A model generated the notes under the pieces. It was given only the letters and a program-made list of their open reading frames with translations, was not told the DNA's origin and did not search any database. From positions 1 to 64,000 of the forward strand of contig CT868037.1 of the NCBI GenBank assembly GCA_000165425.1: a DNA stretch of 64,000 nt, in the 5' to 3' direction. Made by a program: the position numbers and the translations under genes. Source of the stretch: Paramecium tetraurelia. Taxonomy: Eukaryota. Below are positions 1 to 14,594 of the stretch, one piece after another (within the stretch, counting starts at the first letter, position 1; every line of letters starts with the position of its first letter).

Positions 1-1183
1 CGCAAAAAACCATTACTTAGTTGCTGAAATAAAAACATTATAGTAGTTAGCACAAAGCCTGTGGTTGCAGGAGTCCTTGATACACCTGATATAGTTGCTA
101 GGACTTTTTAATTTGTATTAGAACATTATAAAAAGCAAGGAATTCATTTGATGAAGCTCTAATATCAAAAATTTGGTAAGAAAATAGAAATATTTTCAAG
201 AAAATGATATCAGAATTAAGTTTGAAACAATAGCAAGTAAATAAGTAAATCATATACTTAATTAAGTAATATATTGTTTATAATTTTATAAGTTTAGTTA
301 ATATTTTTATGATGTATTTTTAGGAGCAGTGAGGTCCAAATTTCTCAGAAAAAACTAATTTGCAATCTAATAAGAAATGAAAATGTTAGACTAATCACTC
401 CATAATTAGTATAATTGCTGTCGCATTTGGAACGCAAGTATTTATTAACCTCTGAAATAAATTTGAAACTTAGCATCGAAGATTCACCTACCTTAATATA
501 CAAAATTAGGCCTATTAGAAAATTTCAGAAGTTTTAGAGGATAATTTTAACAAACCAATAATTCCAGAAAGTTAGCCTATAAAATTTAACATAAACTCTT
601 GATAAGAAAAATACGAATTAAGCGTTAGGGGAATATTGAAGGTTAATGATAAAAAAAAAGATATAAAAATTTAATTGAAAAGTCATCCTCATTTCACAAT
701 AAAAAAGCATTCAGTAATGATTCACCTCATTTTATTAAAATTTAAATTCTTATATCATCAGATTTTATTATTCCAAAATACTAAAACTAAAAGTCCAGTT
801 GGAGATTTGAAATTATAGATAATTATTTTTCATAAATTACAGAAAATTTAATTAATCTCTAATATATCAATAAGTTTAGGTTTTAGACATGATCTCTTTT
901 AGAATAAATATATTTATATTGAGTCCCACTAATATAGAGATTAAATGATAATTATCCAAAATAACAATCTGTTCTATAATTTAATGGTGACTTTAATCTG
1001 TGCAACTTTACCTTCAACATGAAACTCTCTTAAGAAATATCATTCTTGCAATATTTTCGTTAAAGATCATAAGTATTAATTGAAAATTAATTTCATTGGC
1101 ATTTGCTAGTTTGTAAATAATAAAAGGAAAAAATACAGAAGTAGTATCAATATTAAAATATATAAATAAATATAATAGCTTAT

Positions 1184-1333
1184 NNNNNNNNNNNNNNNNN
1201 NNNNNNNNNNNNNNNNNNNNNNNNNNNNNNNNNNNNNNNNNNNNNNNNNNNNNNNNNNNNNNNNNNNNNNNNNNNNNNNNNNNNNNNNNNNNNNNNNNNN
1301 NNNNNNNNNNNNNNNNNNNNNNNNNNNNNNNNN
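1184..1333. other. Assembly gap (150 N)
   Basis: Run of N characters. Confidence 0.99.
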
Positions 1334-1742
1334 CTCTCTATTATATAGAGGAGATATCATTCCTAGAGATGCAAGTTATTCAATTTACTAAATAAAAACT
1401 GCAAAAACCATTAAATTTGTTGATTGGTGTCCAACTGGTTTTAAGGTAGGAATAACCTATCAAGCCCAATAAACCTTTCCAGAGGATAATTTATGCAAAG
1501 TTCCAAGATCTGTATGTATGATTGCAAATACAACTGCTTTGTCTCAAATCTTTTCAAATTTAAGTCATAAATATGATTAAATGTTTTCAAAAAGGGCCTT
1601 TGTGCACTGGTACGTAAAAGAAGGTATGGAGGAAGGACAATTCATAGAAGCAAGAGAAGCATTAGCAAGTTTATAAAAAGATTATGAGGATTAATATTCA
1701 TATATACATGAAGAAAATTAAGAAGAAAATGCACCAGTCTGA
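1334..1742 (+). CDS. Divergent alpha-like tubulin, 3' part only (5' part lost in gap)
   Basis: Code-6 translation gives [12 protein letters not shown]...[14 protein letters not shown]...[12 protein letters not shown]...[36 protein letters not shown]...EENQEENAPV, then TGA at 1740-1742. These are alpha-tubulin C-terminal motifs with many substitutions. Confidence 0.9.
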
Positions 1743-2028
1743 ATATTTTATCAAGCCCCCCCCTCATATATTATCTTTTGTATTGTTAGATTGAATCTAA
1801 GTTATAAGATAAACTAAGAAATCTAGTTTATAATTTGATATACTTATGTTAATTCTATCAGGCATGCTTAGTTTGAATTATGCATCAAATATATAGTTTA
1901 ATGTAATCATACATTCTGCATATAATTTGTATTTTTAGAATTAATTGTGAAAAACTCAGAAAATTTCAAAAATATCTTAAATTGTTATAATCAATTATAT
2001 GAAATCACAAATACAAATATTAAAAAAA

Positions 2029-3422
2029 ATGAATAATTAAGAATGTGATCCTGATAAAGGGTGCTGGCTTTTGAGTACTTGTGAGATTGATGAAATTAGT
2101 CACTCATGTGTCCATGATCCTATTTTATAATTGTCTCTTTACACAGGGTTTGTTTATTTCTTAATCCCTATTCTTTTGGGGACTAGTATTATGGGTGGTT
2201 TAGGAAGTGGAATGATTAAAAGGCCTATCTTAAATCTACTATTGAATTATCCATCAAGCATTTCAACTCAAGTAGCAGATTGTTTCTTATTCACAACATC
2301 AACATTGAATTCACTATTTCTTTTTTTTGAAAAGTAAATCAGAGATAAAAAATTATAGGCATCCTGATCATCATAATTTACCATTAATAAATTTTGATAT
2401 AAGCATAATCTTAAATTAAACTATTCCATTGGCATGGAGTGCTGGTGCATTTTTACAAACCAGATCACCAAAATTTGTTATTTACATTATATAATTGTGC
2501 TTTCTAATGGGTGCCATACCATTTTTGTGGAAATATAGTAATAAAATGTTATTTAGTGTTAGCATATTTATAGAAAAGAATAGAGTAGGATAAGAGAGAA
2601 AATGTAATATTGGTCAACTAAAAAATTAAAACCTAGGAAGATATGGCTTCTGAAACAAATTTTGATGAAAAGCAGCTAACCTAATATTAGAAATTTTATA
2701 TAAATGATCATAGCAAATTTTAGATTAAGAATTTATGTTTTATTTTTGGATCCTTTTTAGTTAATTAAACAATCATCCTAATGAGATCTAATAAATATAA
2801 CAATTCTATAATTGGTTTAGATAAATGTACTCTTGAAAATAATCTGATTCTATTAGCAATTCTAGGAATCAACCTTACTTACACATTTTTTATATATTGG
2901 AGTAAAAGAAACGAAGAATATTATAAAGATATAGTGTAATATAGACCAAATTAAAGATTTTTTAAAGATAAAAAATAATTCTTTTTTTATTATATGGCAG
3001 GTTTCTTGGCTGGATTCATTACAGGATTTTTAGGTATGGGAGGTGGATTAATTATGGTAACCTTTTTATTATCATAAAAAATAATCGCAAGAGAAGCAGC
3101 TGCTACTGCTGCTTTTGGATCATTTATGATTTCTCTAAACAGTCTGATCTAATTCATATTGTAAAAAACTATAAGTGATGAGCAAATGATTGTGTTTTTC
3201 ATTTTAGGAGTAAATTATTTCATTACTATTAAGATTTTAGGTGTGATAATGATAAGCAAGCCTTCATATATTTTTATGAACAGATTCAAAGTTGGATATA
3301 TTATTTTAATTGTCGACATTATTTAAGTGTCTATCAATGTAATTTCTATCTTAGCCTTAATTATTATCAATTCCATGTTGTATGGATTTGATGCCATGTT
3401 AGATTACTCCTCTAATTGTTGA
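2029..3422 (+). CDS. TauE/SafE (DUF81) family multi-pass membrane transporter
   Basis: GGLGSGMIKRPIL and AGFLAGFITGFLGMGGGLIMVTFLL...AREAAATAAF motifs; HPD..LPLINFD loop; several hydrophobic segments; tiny introns (e.g. 2334-2358). Confidence 0.8.
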
Positions 3423-4537
3423 AAATTTGTAATCATTTTATTATTATCATTATCAAATTGAAAAAATTTATTTTTGACTAATAAAATTAATGATATTTAT
3501 ATAAGAATTCTTATAAATATTCATTCTTATATTCTTATAAGAATTTTTCATCAAATTAATGTTATAATTAAGTATTCAAAAGACCTTATTTAAGCTGAAT
3601 AAGCTAATTCAATATCAACAGATTTAATAAAATCTAGATATTCCTTACAAAACTTCTATTGGAATAATTTTTTGGTTTAAATGCATATTTATCATAATGA
3701 TGTGTGTTGGTTGTAAAAATAGTGTATAATCAAACTTGATCATATTAGTTATTTTTAATCCTAATTTAATAATTCAATAATTAAGAAATTCAATGTTCTT
3801 ATAATTAAAAAGAATTCGCTACAAAATACTAACTAAATAAAATTTTATTTAATTAAAATCACCCTGAATTTCTAAATTCTGTAATTGAATTTATTAAATT
3901 CTTAGCGATTCAATACAATAATATTCTTGCTTTTAATTTTGGGCTTAATAAACCTTTTTCTGAAATTAGATAGGCATTTTTTTGTAAATTGTAATTTATA
4001 GGACATTCCAATTTCTTGAATATTTGACTTGTAAACTTATATATAAATTTGAGTCAAAAAAAAGAATTGTGATCAGAATGGCCATTCATTCAAAAATGAG
4101 GCAATTTGAATGCAAAATACGCTATTCATGATTTATTTTAACTTAAGAAATTATATATCAGCTTTTAATATAATATTGCTTTGTCTTATAAAAAGAAGTT
4201 CAACTTATTGTTCATTATATAAAGAGCTCATAAGAATTCTGAAATTTGATTGTCTCCGATATAAATCGGAGATTAGAATTGTTTGCTTTTTAATAAGTAG
4301 AAAAAGGAATAATGAGTTAATTATTTCAAAATTATATGATAAAACAACTTCTTGTTTTAAGCTATATTACTTTAGGATAATAACATATAAATAAACAATA
4401 TAGTATTTCATATTAGATTAGCAAGATAGTTGTTGATGTCAAAAATTTATAGATTTGAAAAAAATCTTAAGCTTCCTCATTTTAAGTTTTAATAAGAACT
4501 TTGTTCTTATTTATTCAATAATAAAAATAGTTCTGAC

Positions 4538-5667
4538 ATGTATCTTCAAACTTCCTAATATCAAATAGTATCTCTGATTGGATAAGGCTCAGCACATTAA
4601 GTGTTTAAAGCAAAGCATAATCTCACTTAACAAGTATTTGCACTTAAAATTGAAAAATGTCCTTAACAAGGTCAAATAGAAGGCGAGATTAAAATCCTCA
4701 ATGTATTAAATTAAATAGAAGGAATCCCGCGTTTACTCGAACATGGAAAAACACCCGATAATAGGTATGGGTGATATACTGAATTTAGGAGATTTCTGAT
4801 AATGCCATAACTAAATTGTAGCTTACGAGATTTAATGAAATCTTAACAATTGTCTTTGCCTTGCATATTGTCTATCGGATTAAGTGTTATTAAAACGTTA
4901 GAATAAGTACATCGAAAAAAAATCTTACATCTAGATATTAAACCAGATAATATCATGATATAATCTAAGGTGTTAAAAGATTAAAAGGAATAAATACTAA
5001 TCCCTGGATTTATCTAATTAATCGATTTTGGCTTATCACAATTTGTAGGTAATTCAAAATTCCTACAAAATGTATTTGTTGGATCCTTAAATTTTGCTAG
5101 CAGAGCATCGCATAGAGGAGAATAATTAGGCTATAAAGATGATTTGGAAAGTTTATTTTACGTATTGGTATACTTGAGAAATGGTATTTATTCTGATTAA
5201 ATTTAGGCAAACTACCGTGGTCTTAAAAATCTTCCATGAAATCTAAGGATTTGGATATCCTCTAAATTGGTTAAATAAAGACTTCCCTCTTTAACACGAT
5301 GACATTATCCAAGAAATTTCCAATAGAATTTTCGAAATTAATGTCCTACATCGATGAACTAAAATATGATGAAATGCCAGATTACTAGTCCATTAAAAGG
5401 TTATTTATTAATATGTTATAAACAACTTCTTTATCTTCAATGATGGACTAATTCTTGACATATTCACCTAATTAATCATTTAATCAACAAGGAAACTCGG
5501 ATATAGTTCATATTCCAGTTGACAAACTTAATTTCAACAATAATTCCATTGAAACTTAGATTTAAGAAGATCTAACAGATGTTGAAGCTAAAGTCGAGCA
5601 TTTATCTGATTTAATTGGAAAATATACTACTATTTAAATAAAATCAATTCTAGACATAAAATATTGA
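4538..5667 (+). CDS. Casein kinase 1-like Ser/Thr kinase
   Basis: IGQGSAHQV, FALKIE, EGIPRL, HLDIKPDN, IDFGLS, FVGSLNFASRASHRGEQLGYKDDLESLFY, GKLPW; two tiny introns. Confidence 0.88.
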
Positions 5668-8600
5668 CTGTAATTATTATTAAATAAAAATGTTTATTGA
5701 ATTCAATTTTAATTTATATCGCTTTTATTTATAATTATTCAATTATTCAAGTTTAATTTTGATACTTTCCTTTTCTTATTGCCAATCATTAATTTAACAA
5801 TATTAGTTTTCAATACTCTAATATCAAAATTAAAACATTGAATTATTAAAAATTTGATTCTATTTTTGACCTTTTTATAGAAATAATAATAATACCTATA
5901 TTTCTTAATATGTACATTATTTGAAATTTCATAGTTTTTATTTAAGTACATTTCTTCCAGAACTATTTCAAATAGCTGATACAATAATTTGAAATTGATT
6001 TCAAACCTTTAAATATTATAAAGGTTAAGGACCCTTCATAGGTGTATCTTCTAATCGATCAGTAAATAATGTATTGGGCATGAAAATATAGTGATGGGAA
6101 AATTAATATTATTTCACTTCTTTAAACATTAAGGAAAACACTTTTTGCAAAATGCTTTTTCTCAGAGTGTCTTTATGGATATCCAAGTTTTTCTTACTTT
6201 CTTAAGTTAAATAGAATATTTTAGACCAATTTTTTGAAGCAGATACCATTAAATTAGATTCCAATTATTAAGGAAATTTGCATTATCTCTACAAACACGG
6301 AGTTAAGTAATCCAGTTTTAAAAATAAACTAAAATTATTAGTTAATAAATTCAACTATTTTGCTTGAAAATATGTTAATTTTTTAAAGTCATAAAGTAAA
6401 AATCGATGATTAATAGTGTATTAAATTTTTCTTTATGATAATGCTGCATATAGAGATGTAGTTAAATTGAAAAATTTTTCAAAAAATTTGATATTTTCAA
6501 TTGTTAATCTCCTTCTCTTAGTAAAGAATTCTCATCAAATCTATAATTTTTCAATAAATAGATGTTGGTTCCTTTAATAATCAATAATTAGAGTGTTAAT
6601 AAATTCCCAGAATTGAAGCTTCTAAATATCGAATTTAGTAAAAGAAAGTTTTTATTGCTTTGTCGTAAAGCTTCTAAGAATTTGGCAACATAAAATTTTA
6701 TTAAGTATTTCACATAGGGAATTGCTGATATTTTTGAGCGTCTCTGGCTTAAAGGATTTATGTTTTCAAACAATTAAAATGCATAGAAGGTTACAATATT
6801 AAATATGCACAGATGAAAAAATGTTAAGATATTAATGGATATTTGAGTATTGAATTAACATTAGTTAGTATTAAATGCCTTCCTAATCAAATGGTAATTT
6901 ACAAAGAATAATTCATTACTAAAATTTACTCTGAAATTAACTTTCATTTAATTGTGTTTTTATCGTAATTATTATCTAGTTAAATCATTTTTTAAGTTGT
7001 GCACTTGTTCTCAATTCGTCAGAATTAGATTTGAAAAAGAATTTTTATGTTTAATTTATCTTTTCACTTGATAAGATTATTTTGCAATAATAATGTTAAA
7101 TTTTTAATAGACTAGTGTAAATGATAACATTGTGGGCAATATAAAATTTGTTCGACAAAATTAACAAATATAAATTTATGGGATTGTCTTATAAAATCTT
7201 AATTATTTGCCATACCATTATTAAAACTCTCTATATTAAATAAAAAGTGGTTTCTAATTCTTTAAGGATTTAGGCTAATAAATACTATTCATCATGATAT
7301 TGCTTTAAGTATTTCTGATCTAATATTCGTAAGAGTTGATATATCATTGTTAAACTACTATAATTCATGCTGCTGATCCAAACAGTTCAGCAAATTTATT
7401 ATTCTACATTATTATTTATCATTGATGTTGCTTATATCTACTTAAATTATTAGGAATAAACTGGTTCATAAATCTGCAATTTAAGTCCATTTTTAGTTAA
7501 AATAATACTTTTGCATCAACTAAAAATCAGAGTTTAAACATTAATAGTTTTGAGTGTTAATTTCTCTAATTCTACATTTCAGCTCATTTATTGATAAAAG
7601 TTTTACGAATAAAATATTGTTGAAAAAAGCTAACTCCACACTTTTTGAAACTAGTCTATAAATTCATTTCCTAAAATTCTTTCAAAAATTATTTTAATCG
7701 TTGTCTGTTTAAGCATATCTGCAAATTAACTAAGCTAGATTCCCCTCCCGCTTCAAATGTGAAGCTATTTCTTAAAATAAAATAGTAAAAAATATATATA
7801 TGCACAATCAGCTTATTTAAGGGAGAATTCCTCTAAATCATACAAATATCATCTTTCCATTTATAGAACTCAGAAACTGTAAATATTATAATTTAGAATA
7901 GCCCCATTTTAATCTATGATACATCGTTATCCTGGACTTTTCAATTTTATATTCACTAATTATTAGAATAGCATGATAGGTCTACTTAGAATTCCGAAAA
8001 TTCATTAAGTCTTTAGACAATACCTTAATAAGCTTCTATCACTCAACCTTATTAGACTTGGGGGGTTCGTCTTTTATATTGATAGAAGATATCAATCTAT
8101 TAAGGAAATAATATAAGATTATATGTTTTTAACCTAATATGAGCTTGAATGACCAATGGCTAATCGCATTAACTTTAAAACAGTTCGAAAAGAGGATAAA
8201 ACTTTAATTGATATAATTTAAATGTAATTTAGGGTCTAAGATTTTAAATTGAAATCTTTCCTTTACAAATAATGATTAAATCATATAATATTTAATCATT
8301 AATTGTTGAACACATTAAAAAATGAATTCAGCATCGTTAATATGATTATTTTGTAATCATAAACAAATATCACAATTCTAATAAGATATTTTGCATTTCC
8401 CTATCATAAAAGAGAATAGGAAAAAAAATGTTGAAATATACTTTTCAAACTTAAGAGATTCCTCTATATGTGCATCTTATTTAATAATTTACTCAAAAGA
8501 TGAAGTTGATGCCTTTACATTATGACTATTTTGAGAATTGAATTCCTACTTAAGTTGTACCTTCTAAAGGACCCAAAACCATATTATCAGTTGTTATAAT

Positions 8601-8748
8601 TTTAACCATCTCATTATTTGTCTATGTATTTCTTAGCTTTATTAGCAGAATTCTTAATGGATTAGAGATGAATTTTATGGAGATTAATATAATCCTTCAA
8701 AAGGTCATTGTTAAGACTTTCAACTATATTTTCTAATTCTCTACCAGA

Positions 8749-9199
8749 TCAACAATATTATCTAAAATTTATAATGTTAATTAAAACCTAATTATTTAAT
8801 TAAATAGATATGCAACAATCACAGCATTAGTAGAACATCTCTGATTCTTCGATAATATTGGCGCATAGTATTATTAAAAAGTGATATGAATATATAGCCA
8901 ATATAAGTTCTTCATCCTCATAATCATCAAAATGAAATAACCTTTTTATAATACGATCTTCTCCACTTAAAATATCTATTGTTTTTTTATAATATAATTA
9001 TTTATTCAAGAAATAATACAATTTTGATAATTAATAACTTCATAACCCTTATGGATCATTTAAATTTGTTAGATAATCTGCTGATTTTTGATCTTTTGTG
9101 AAAAAGTCTAAGATTGCCTCTATGTTATTTTCTATAACATAAATAGAATTTAATATTTTTATTTTAAATAATCCAATTAATATAATAATTTATGCTCAA
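8749..9199 (-). pseudogene. Probable decayed 3' continuation of the kinase gene
   Basis: A shifted frame reads EAILDFFTKDQKSADYLTNLNDPQGL*SYQLSKLYYFLNK...FDDYEDEELILAIY..., with an in-frame TGA at 9042-9040. Confidence 0.35.
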
Positions 9200-11938
9200 T
9201 CATTATGTATAATTTATCTTGATATTATTTAAATTCTAAATCTCATCCATATGATGATAATAATTAAGTTCAAAATAATGTTTTTATTAGATAGCCATTT
9301 ATTTGAATAAACTTTCTTGATCTAACTATTAAGCCCCTTATAGATATTACCATTAACTATGTTGGATACGTAGTACTTCCCATCCTTCTAATCCAATAAT
9401 TTCATCGTACACAATCGAATTTTAAATGTATTTACTCAAATCTTAAAGATATTATTTTATTTCTTCTTCACTCTTCATCAGCACTTGTTAAACATAAATA
9501 TATTTGTAGAATAGTTAAAATATTTACGGGTCAAACTCCTATGTATTTTTACAAAATGCTACCCATGACTGATAAGAATTATTCAATTTTTTTCTATTTT
9601 TAATAATAAATGCTATATCAGATATAATTGTTTAACATTACATTATGATTGAATTAACTTATTCTTATTCAACATAATTAAATAATTCATTAGAAATACA
9701 TTCTAAGTTTTCAATCTAATTATTGTCGAAAAATATTGTTAAAATTGAGTGAAGTTTTGATAATAATGTAGATCTTGAGGCTTATGACTTTATTCCAGCT
9801 ATAAATTACCAAATTTTCGAAATTCTGTTTTTTGATTCATCAAATTTATTTTATTTTGTTAAAATACATATTATCATTAATTCTATCTAAATGTAATAAT
9901 ATTAATTATCGATATCAATCAATTTTAAAGCGATCAATGCAAGATCCAAAGATTTCTAAAAATCTTTGATAGAAAAACAATATTATGAAAAATGAAAATA
10001 AATTTCCCAGAAGAAACTTGAATTTGGAAAATCATTCTCATAAATTAAAATTGCTGTTTCAAATAGATTTATTATTATCTGTTTTTCATTATTCATATCA
10101 ATACGTTTAATTAATTGTTAAATGAATATCTTGACTCCATAACTATCAGCTCCTCTTTATTTTAATTACTTTATCATATCTTAAACACTATTTTAATGGT
10201 CTAAACCTTTCCAATTACATAACTCAATCCATCTAGGTAAATGTACTGAATTTGTGGACAATATTTAGTTTTCCTGCTATAGTGTTTCCATTACTTTATA
10301 ATCCTTTGAAGCCCGATAATGCTTAACTATTGAGGTTTAGTAAATCCAAGAAAAATTTCCCAGCAATAGAAACATCCAGTTTTCTATGTAATCTACATAC
10401 CTGTTAGCATCATAAATCATTCGTTAAAATTAATCTGCTACTTCTAACCATATTCTACCCCTTATGGTTTTGATAATTTAAAGTTAGACGAAAGTGATGT
10501 CATCCATATTTGGCTCGTCATCCGATAATTAGATAATTAATTGATCTGCCTTTTGATAATCTTCTTAAAACATGTAAATTGATAGTTCTTCGAGTTTTAC
10601 TTAAAATTAATGCTTTGCAGTGTACTTTTAATATTATTAACATAGCTTTAATTTTTGACTAATATTGCCTAATCTAAACCAATATTCAGAAATTATTTGA
10701 TATTATTCAAAAGTTGTTTCTGATGTAACTGGAGGTATTTAAGTACTTTCTTTCACAGTAAAGTATGGGTCCATTAATTCAATATAAATCTTCAAATCAT
10801 CATAATTTTAGGCTTCATTCTTGATTTCTCTATCTTTTGCTTGAATTTCATTTCGAAAATAGAGGATATTATAGAGAACCGGAAGAATGTTTTCCTTTTT
10901 CTTCTTGAATTATTGTAAAGTAGTTTTTATTTAGTAAAATCTTTCAGCATAAAATACTTGCTAAAGTGGAACTTTAAGAACACCTCTTTTTAACTATTAA
11001 GATAATTAAAATTAATTTTGTGTGAGGATTTACAATTCTTAAGGCAGCTGATTGTACATATTTTAGTCATCCAACATGTGTTATAACTAATAGATTGTAC
11101 AGTCTTTCATTTAAATTTTTAGCATTGTTAAAAGAAAAGCATAAATGTCATTTTCAAATAGATCCATTTTCGATTCGCTAAAACTTTAGTTTTATAACAT
11201 CATTCTATATTTTTTCGGTAAATATTGAGTAGTCCCTTCAATTTAAAAAACACCAACTGATTTCTTATATTTTAGAGCACATCCAAAATCTCCGATAATC
11301 CATCCCTTGTTATAAGTATACATAATATTAGAAGGTTTAATATCTCTATGTGCTATCTTTAAGGAATGCATATTAATTATTGATCTCAAAATTTAATGGT
11401 AAATGCTTTGATATTCTTCTTTTTCTATATTCACTTGTTGTGAATATACATCCAAGGTTGTTATTGCAATCTCTAAGCCAGCATAAGAAGAAAAAGTATT
11501 AATGTTTTCTTATAAAATAACGACTCTATCAATCAACTTAACAAAATGCAAAGGAAACACTTTGTTTAATGTCTGCTAAATTTTATATTCATTTAATTGT
11601 TATAAAAACTCTTCAAAATCATCTATTTTTTAAACTTTTACAACACAAGGCGAACCGTCCATATGTTCAGCATACAAAACTTGTCCATAACCACCAGAAC
11701 CAGCAAACCCATCCTAAAATTCTTTTTTATTATTTTAGTCTTATTTAATAATGGTTGAAATGTGATATGGAGCTCTTTAAATGATCTAAAACGTATCCTA
11801 GTGATCTTTCATTATTGATAAAGTATTTCTCAACTTCAAACTGTCCAAAACAGATAATTTTTGATCATAAACACAGTTATAACCAAATGTTGAGGTTTCT
11901 GATTTTTGTGAATTATTGATTTCCTGATTTGTATGCAT
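9200..11938 (-). CDS. Protein kinase domain with a long, probably helical C-terminal extension (~912 aa; 3' end possibly truncated)
   Basis: GSGGYGQV, CVVK, HRDIKPSN, GDFG, GTTQYLP and DLFENDIYAF motifs. The same frame was seen at several spot checks down to TGA at 9202-9200. Confidence 0.75.
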
Positions 11939-13772
11939 AATAATAATTATTTATAATTTATTGAGATTATAGCTGTTGAAATATTTCTTAGTATTTCCTC
12001 ATTGCAACATATGATATCCAATTGGCAAGCATTTAAATTATCACTTTTGGCATACAATTCTTTTATTTTATGTAGTTGGAATGGTTTAATTTTAATACTT
12101 TGTGTTTGGTCATATATATATTTAATAAGTTGTCTAATATTTTGTAAAAATATCCCTGCCTTTACTTTTTTTAATTGGGACTTAAAATATATATGAGCGA
12201 GAATTTTACTAAGAATTAGATACTCGGCAACTAGAGATAACCAACTAAAAAAATCGAAAGGAATAAATATATTATTTTACTTAATACTTATGTTAAAATT
12301 ATCTTAGTCTAAATTGTTATCTCTATAAATTATATTTGTCACAAATCATTAGAATAAAAAAATATTATAATCTGAAATAAAAAATAAACATTCTCTCCTA
12401 ATGATTTCAAATTATTTCAACATAATCATTCAAGATAATAAAATTGTAATCAGTGGTGAATTGAAATTTATTTCTAAAATGATTACTTTTGGATTATAGC
12501 AATAAAATAAGGACTTTATTTATCATCATGATCTGTTGTTTGTTGTTTGTATATTTTATTAGTTAGATATTCAAACTTAACAATTAAATTAGAGCATAAT
12601 TAAATAATATAATATATGAATAGCAGTAGATTAAACTTTGATTAATTTAGCGAAAATTATATATATTTCTTCATGATTTTTCATTCATCGATGGTAAATG
12701 TAAATATAGATTGTAATCCTGTACACCATCTAATAGCTATTCCTTAATAGTTTTTGAAAAATAGCACTTTTGTATTTGTATTTTGCTAAGAATCACATAT
12801 ATATTTGAGTTGGTATTCAGATTCCAAAACAACATCATCTTTATTAATAATAATATGCTTTTAATTTTCCTAATTCATTATTTAATTTTTGTTACTTATG
12901 ATGCATCTTACTCATTTAATATAACTTTTAATTCTTAATTTCCTTTCACTAATTATACAGATTTTCCATTATTTATAATTTGCGCATTCAAATCTTTGTA
13001 AGTAATTATTCTAATTGTAATAATGTATACTTTGAACAACTAGTATCCGGAAAAGTCGCCATTGTTGGATAAAGCAAATATTTATACTTAATTCTATAAT
13101 AATAAAACTAATTAAATTCATTATTTGATATTAAATCTCATTCTTATTCTAATACAAATGTATAAATACTTTATTGAAACAGAATATTGATAACTTGATA
13201 TACGAAATCAAAAGGTTGTAGGGCACTCGATTGTTACTAAAATCAACAAAGAATGTCATTTTTGGAAATATATTGATTAATTGCCTTTGCAAAGCACATC
13301 AAAAGAACCATATTTCTTTATGCAGAAATACTTGATCTTTTGATAAAAATATAATAAGATAAATCAAATGCTATAATGTGCAATGAGAATTTTTGATTTT
13401 AATACTATTTCAATAATTCTTAGTATTTCTAATTCTTAAAGTATAGTTATTTAATGGGCAGTAATTCCTTTTAGAATAAATCATCTTAATAAATGCATTA
13501 GAAGAATCAATTAGTTTTCTATATTGATAACGATCAAAAATATTCTTTAGATGCCCCAGCTCTTTTCCTATTCATGATTTGATATATTATTATTCTCTAT
13601 CATATCTTAGAATACCATCTAAATAATAAATATGAATATTTGAAGCAAGTTAATTAAGATTATTTTCTTAATAAAATGAAAATTGACAAACAATGAATTG
13701 TTTTGTTAAATTCAATAATTATTTTATTAATTTTAGAAAATAATTATTCATAATTGATTCATAAATATCTTA

Positions 13773-14594
13773 TCAAAATCTTCTCGTTTAAGCATTTGAG
13801 AGTTTACGTTATGTTATATTTAACAATCTAATTATATCAATTAAACCAACCCCAAAACCCATTACTAAGGTTATTCCAAGAAACAATATCAATTATTTAA
13901 ATGTATCATAATATAGTTATTCTAATGTGCAATTAACATTTGAATATCCATCCTTAATTGTGCATACGATAGATTAATAAAATTCGGAATCTTCCAGATA
14001 ATGAGAACCTATTAATGATGTAATTATAAGGACAAATAGAGCAACGCTTAAGAATTAAAATAGATTAACCCTCTTCTAGTATCTAATAATTTTACAATTG
14101 CAGGGCTTTTTTTGCTAAAACAATTGTGTTTCTTGTTTACAAGTTTCACAACATTTCATTTTACAGCGTGGGCATTCTACTTATCTTTATACATCAAAAT
14201 AGAAGAGAGGTAGTTAACATTTTTTACATTTTTAATATGATTTCTACTCGCTTATTTTTTTACAACATAAGCATTTTTTAATTTCATATTTTTCTTTATG
14301 AATGCAAGTGAATTTAGAAACAAGGAGGTGATTATCCTTTTGATCCAAAAAAAATAATTGCTTACATTTTTTACATTGAATATAGTTGGATTGATTTTAT
14401 AATTTAATCAAAAAGGTCTATAGATTTAATGGAAAATCTGAAAAGCCTACTTATAGAATAAAAAACTTTCCACAAAATTGAAGTTTATCCAATGTTTTTA
14501 GGTTTTTGCACATTTTACAATTAAATGCTTCATATCTGAGACAGTCCATCAAAATATGACGATTAGATCTCCTACGACAATCAAAGATGCACAT
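13773..14594 (-). CDS. Cys-rich (multiple CxxC) protein with two C-terminal transmembrane segments, 273 aa; RBR/IBR-like zinc finger possible
   Basis: Intronless code-6 ORF with CKMC, CKKC, CLCC, CKKC and CPRCKMKCCETC...PCNC, followed by FLSVALFVLIITSLIG and LILFLGITLVMGFGVGLI. Confidence 0.65.

Noticed and set aside
1..1183. Possible coding sequence left of the gap
   Set aside because: Only short open stretches in several frames, with no recognisable motif.
1106..1360. 84-aa ORF in the supplied track
   Set aside because: It spans the N gap and lies antisense to the tubulin fragment; it is an artefact.
6000..8700. Possible ion-channel pseudogene on the minus strand
   Set aside because: Only a vague resemblance; no pore or cyclic-nucleotide-binding motif could be read.
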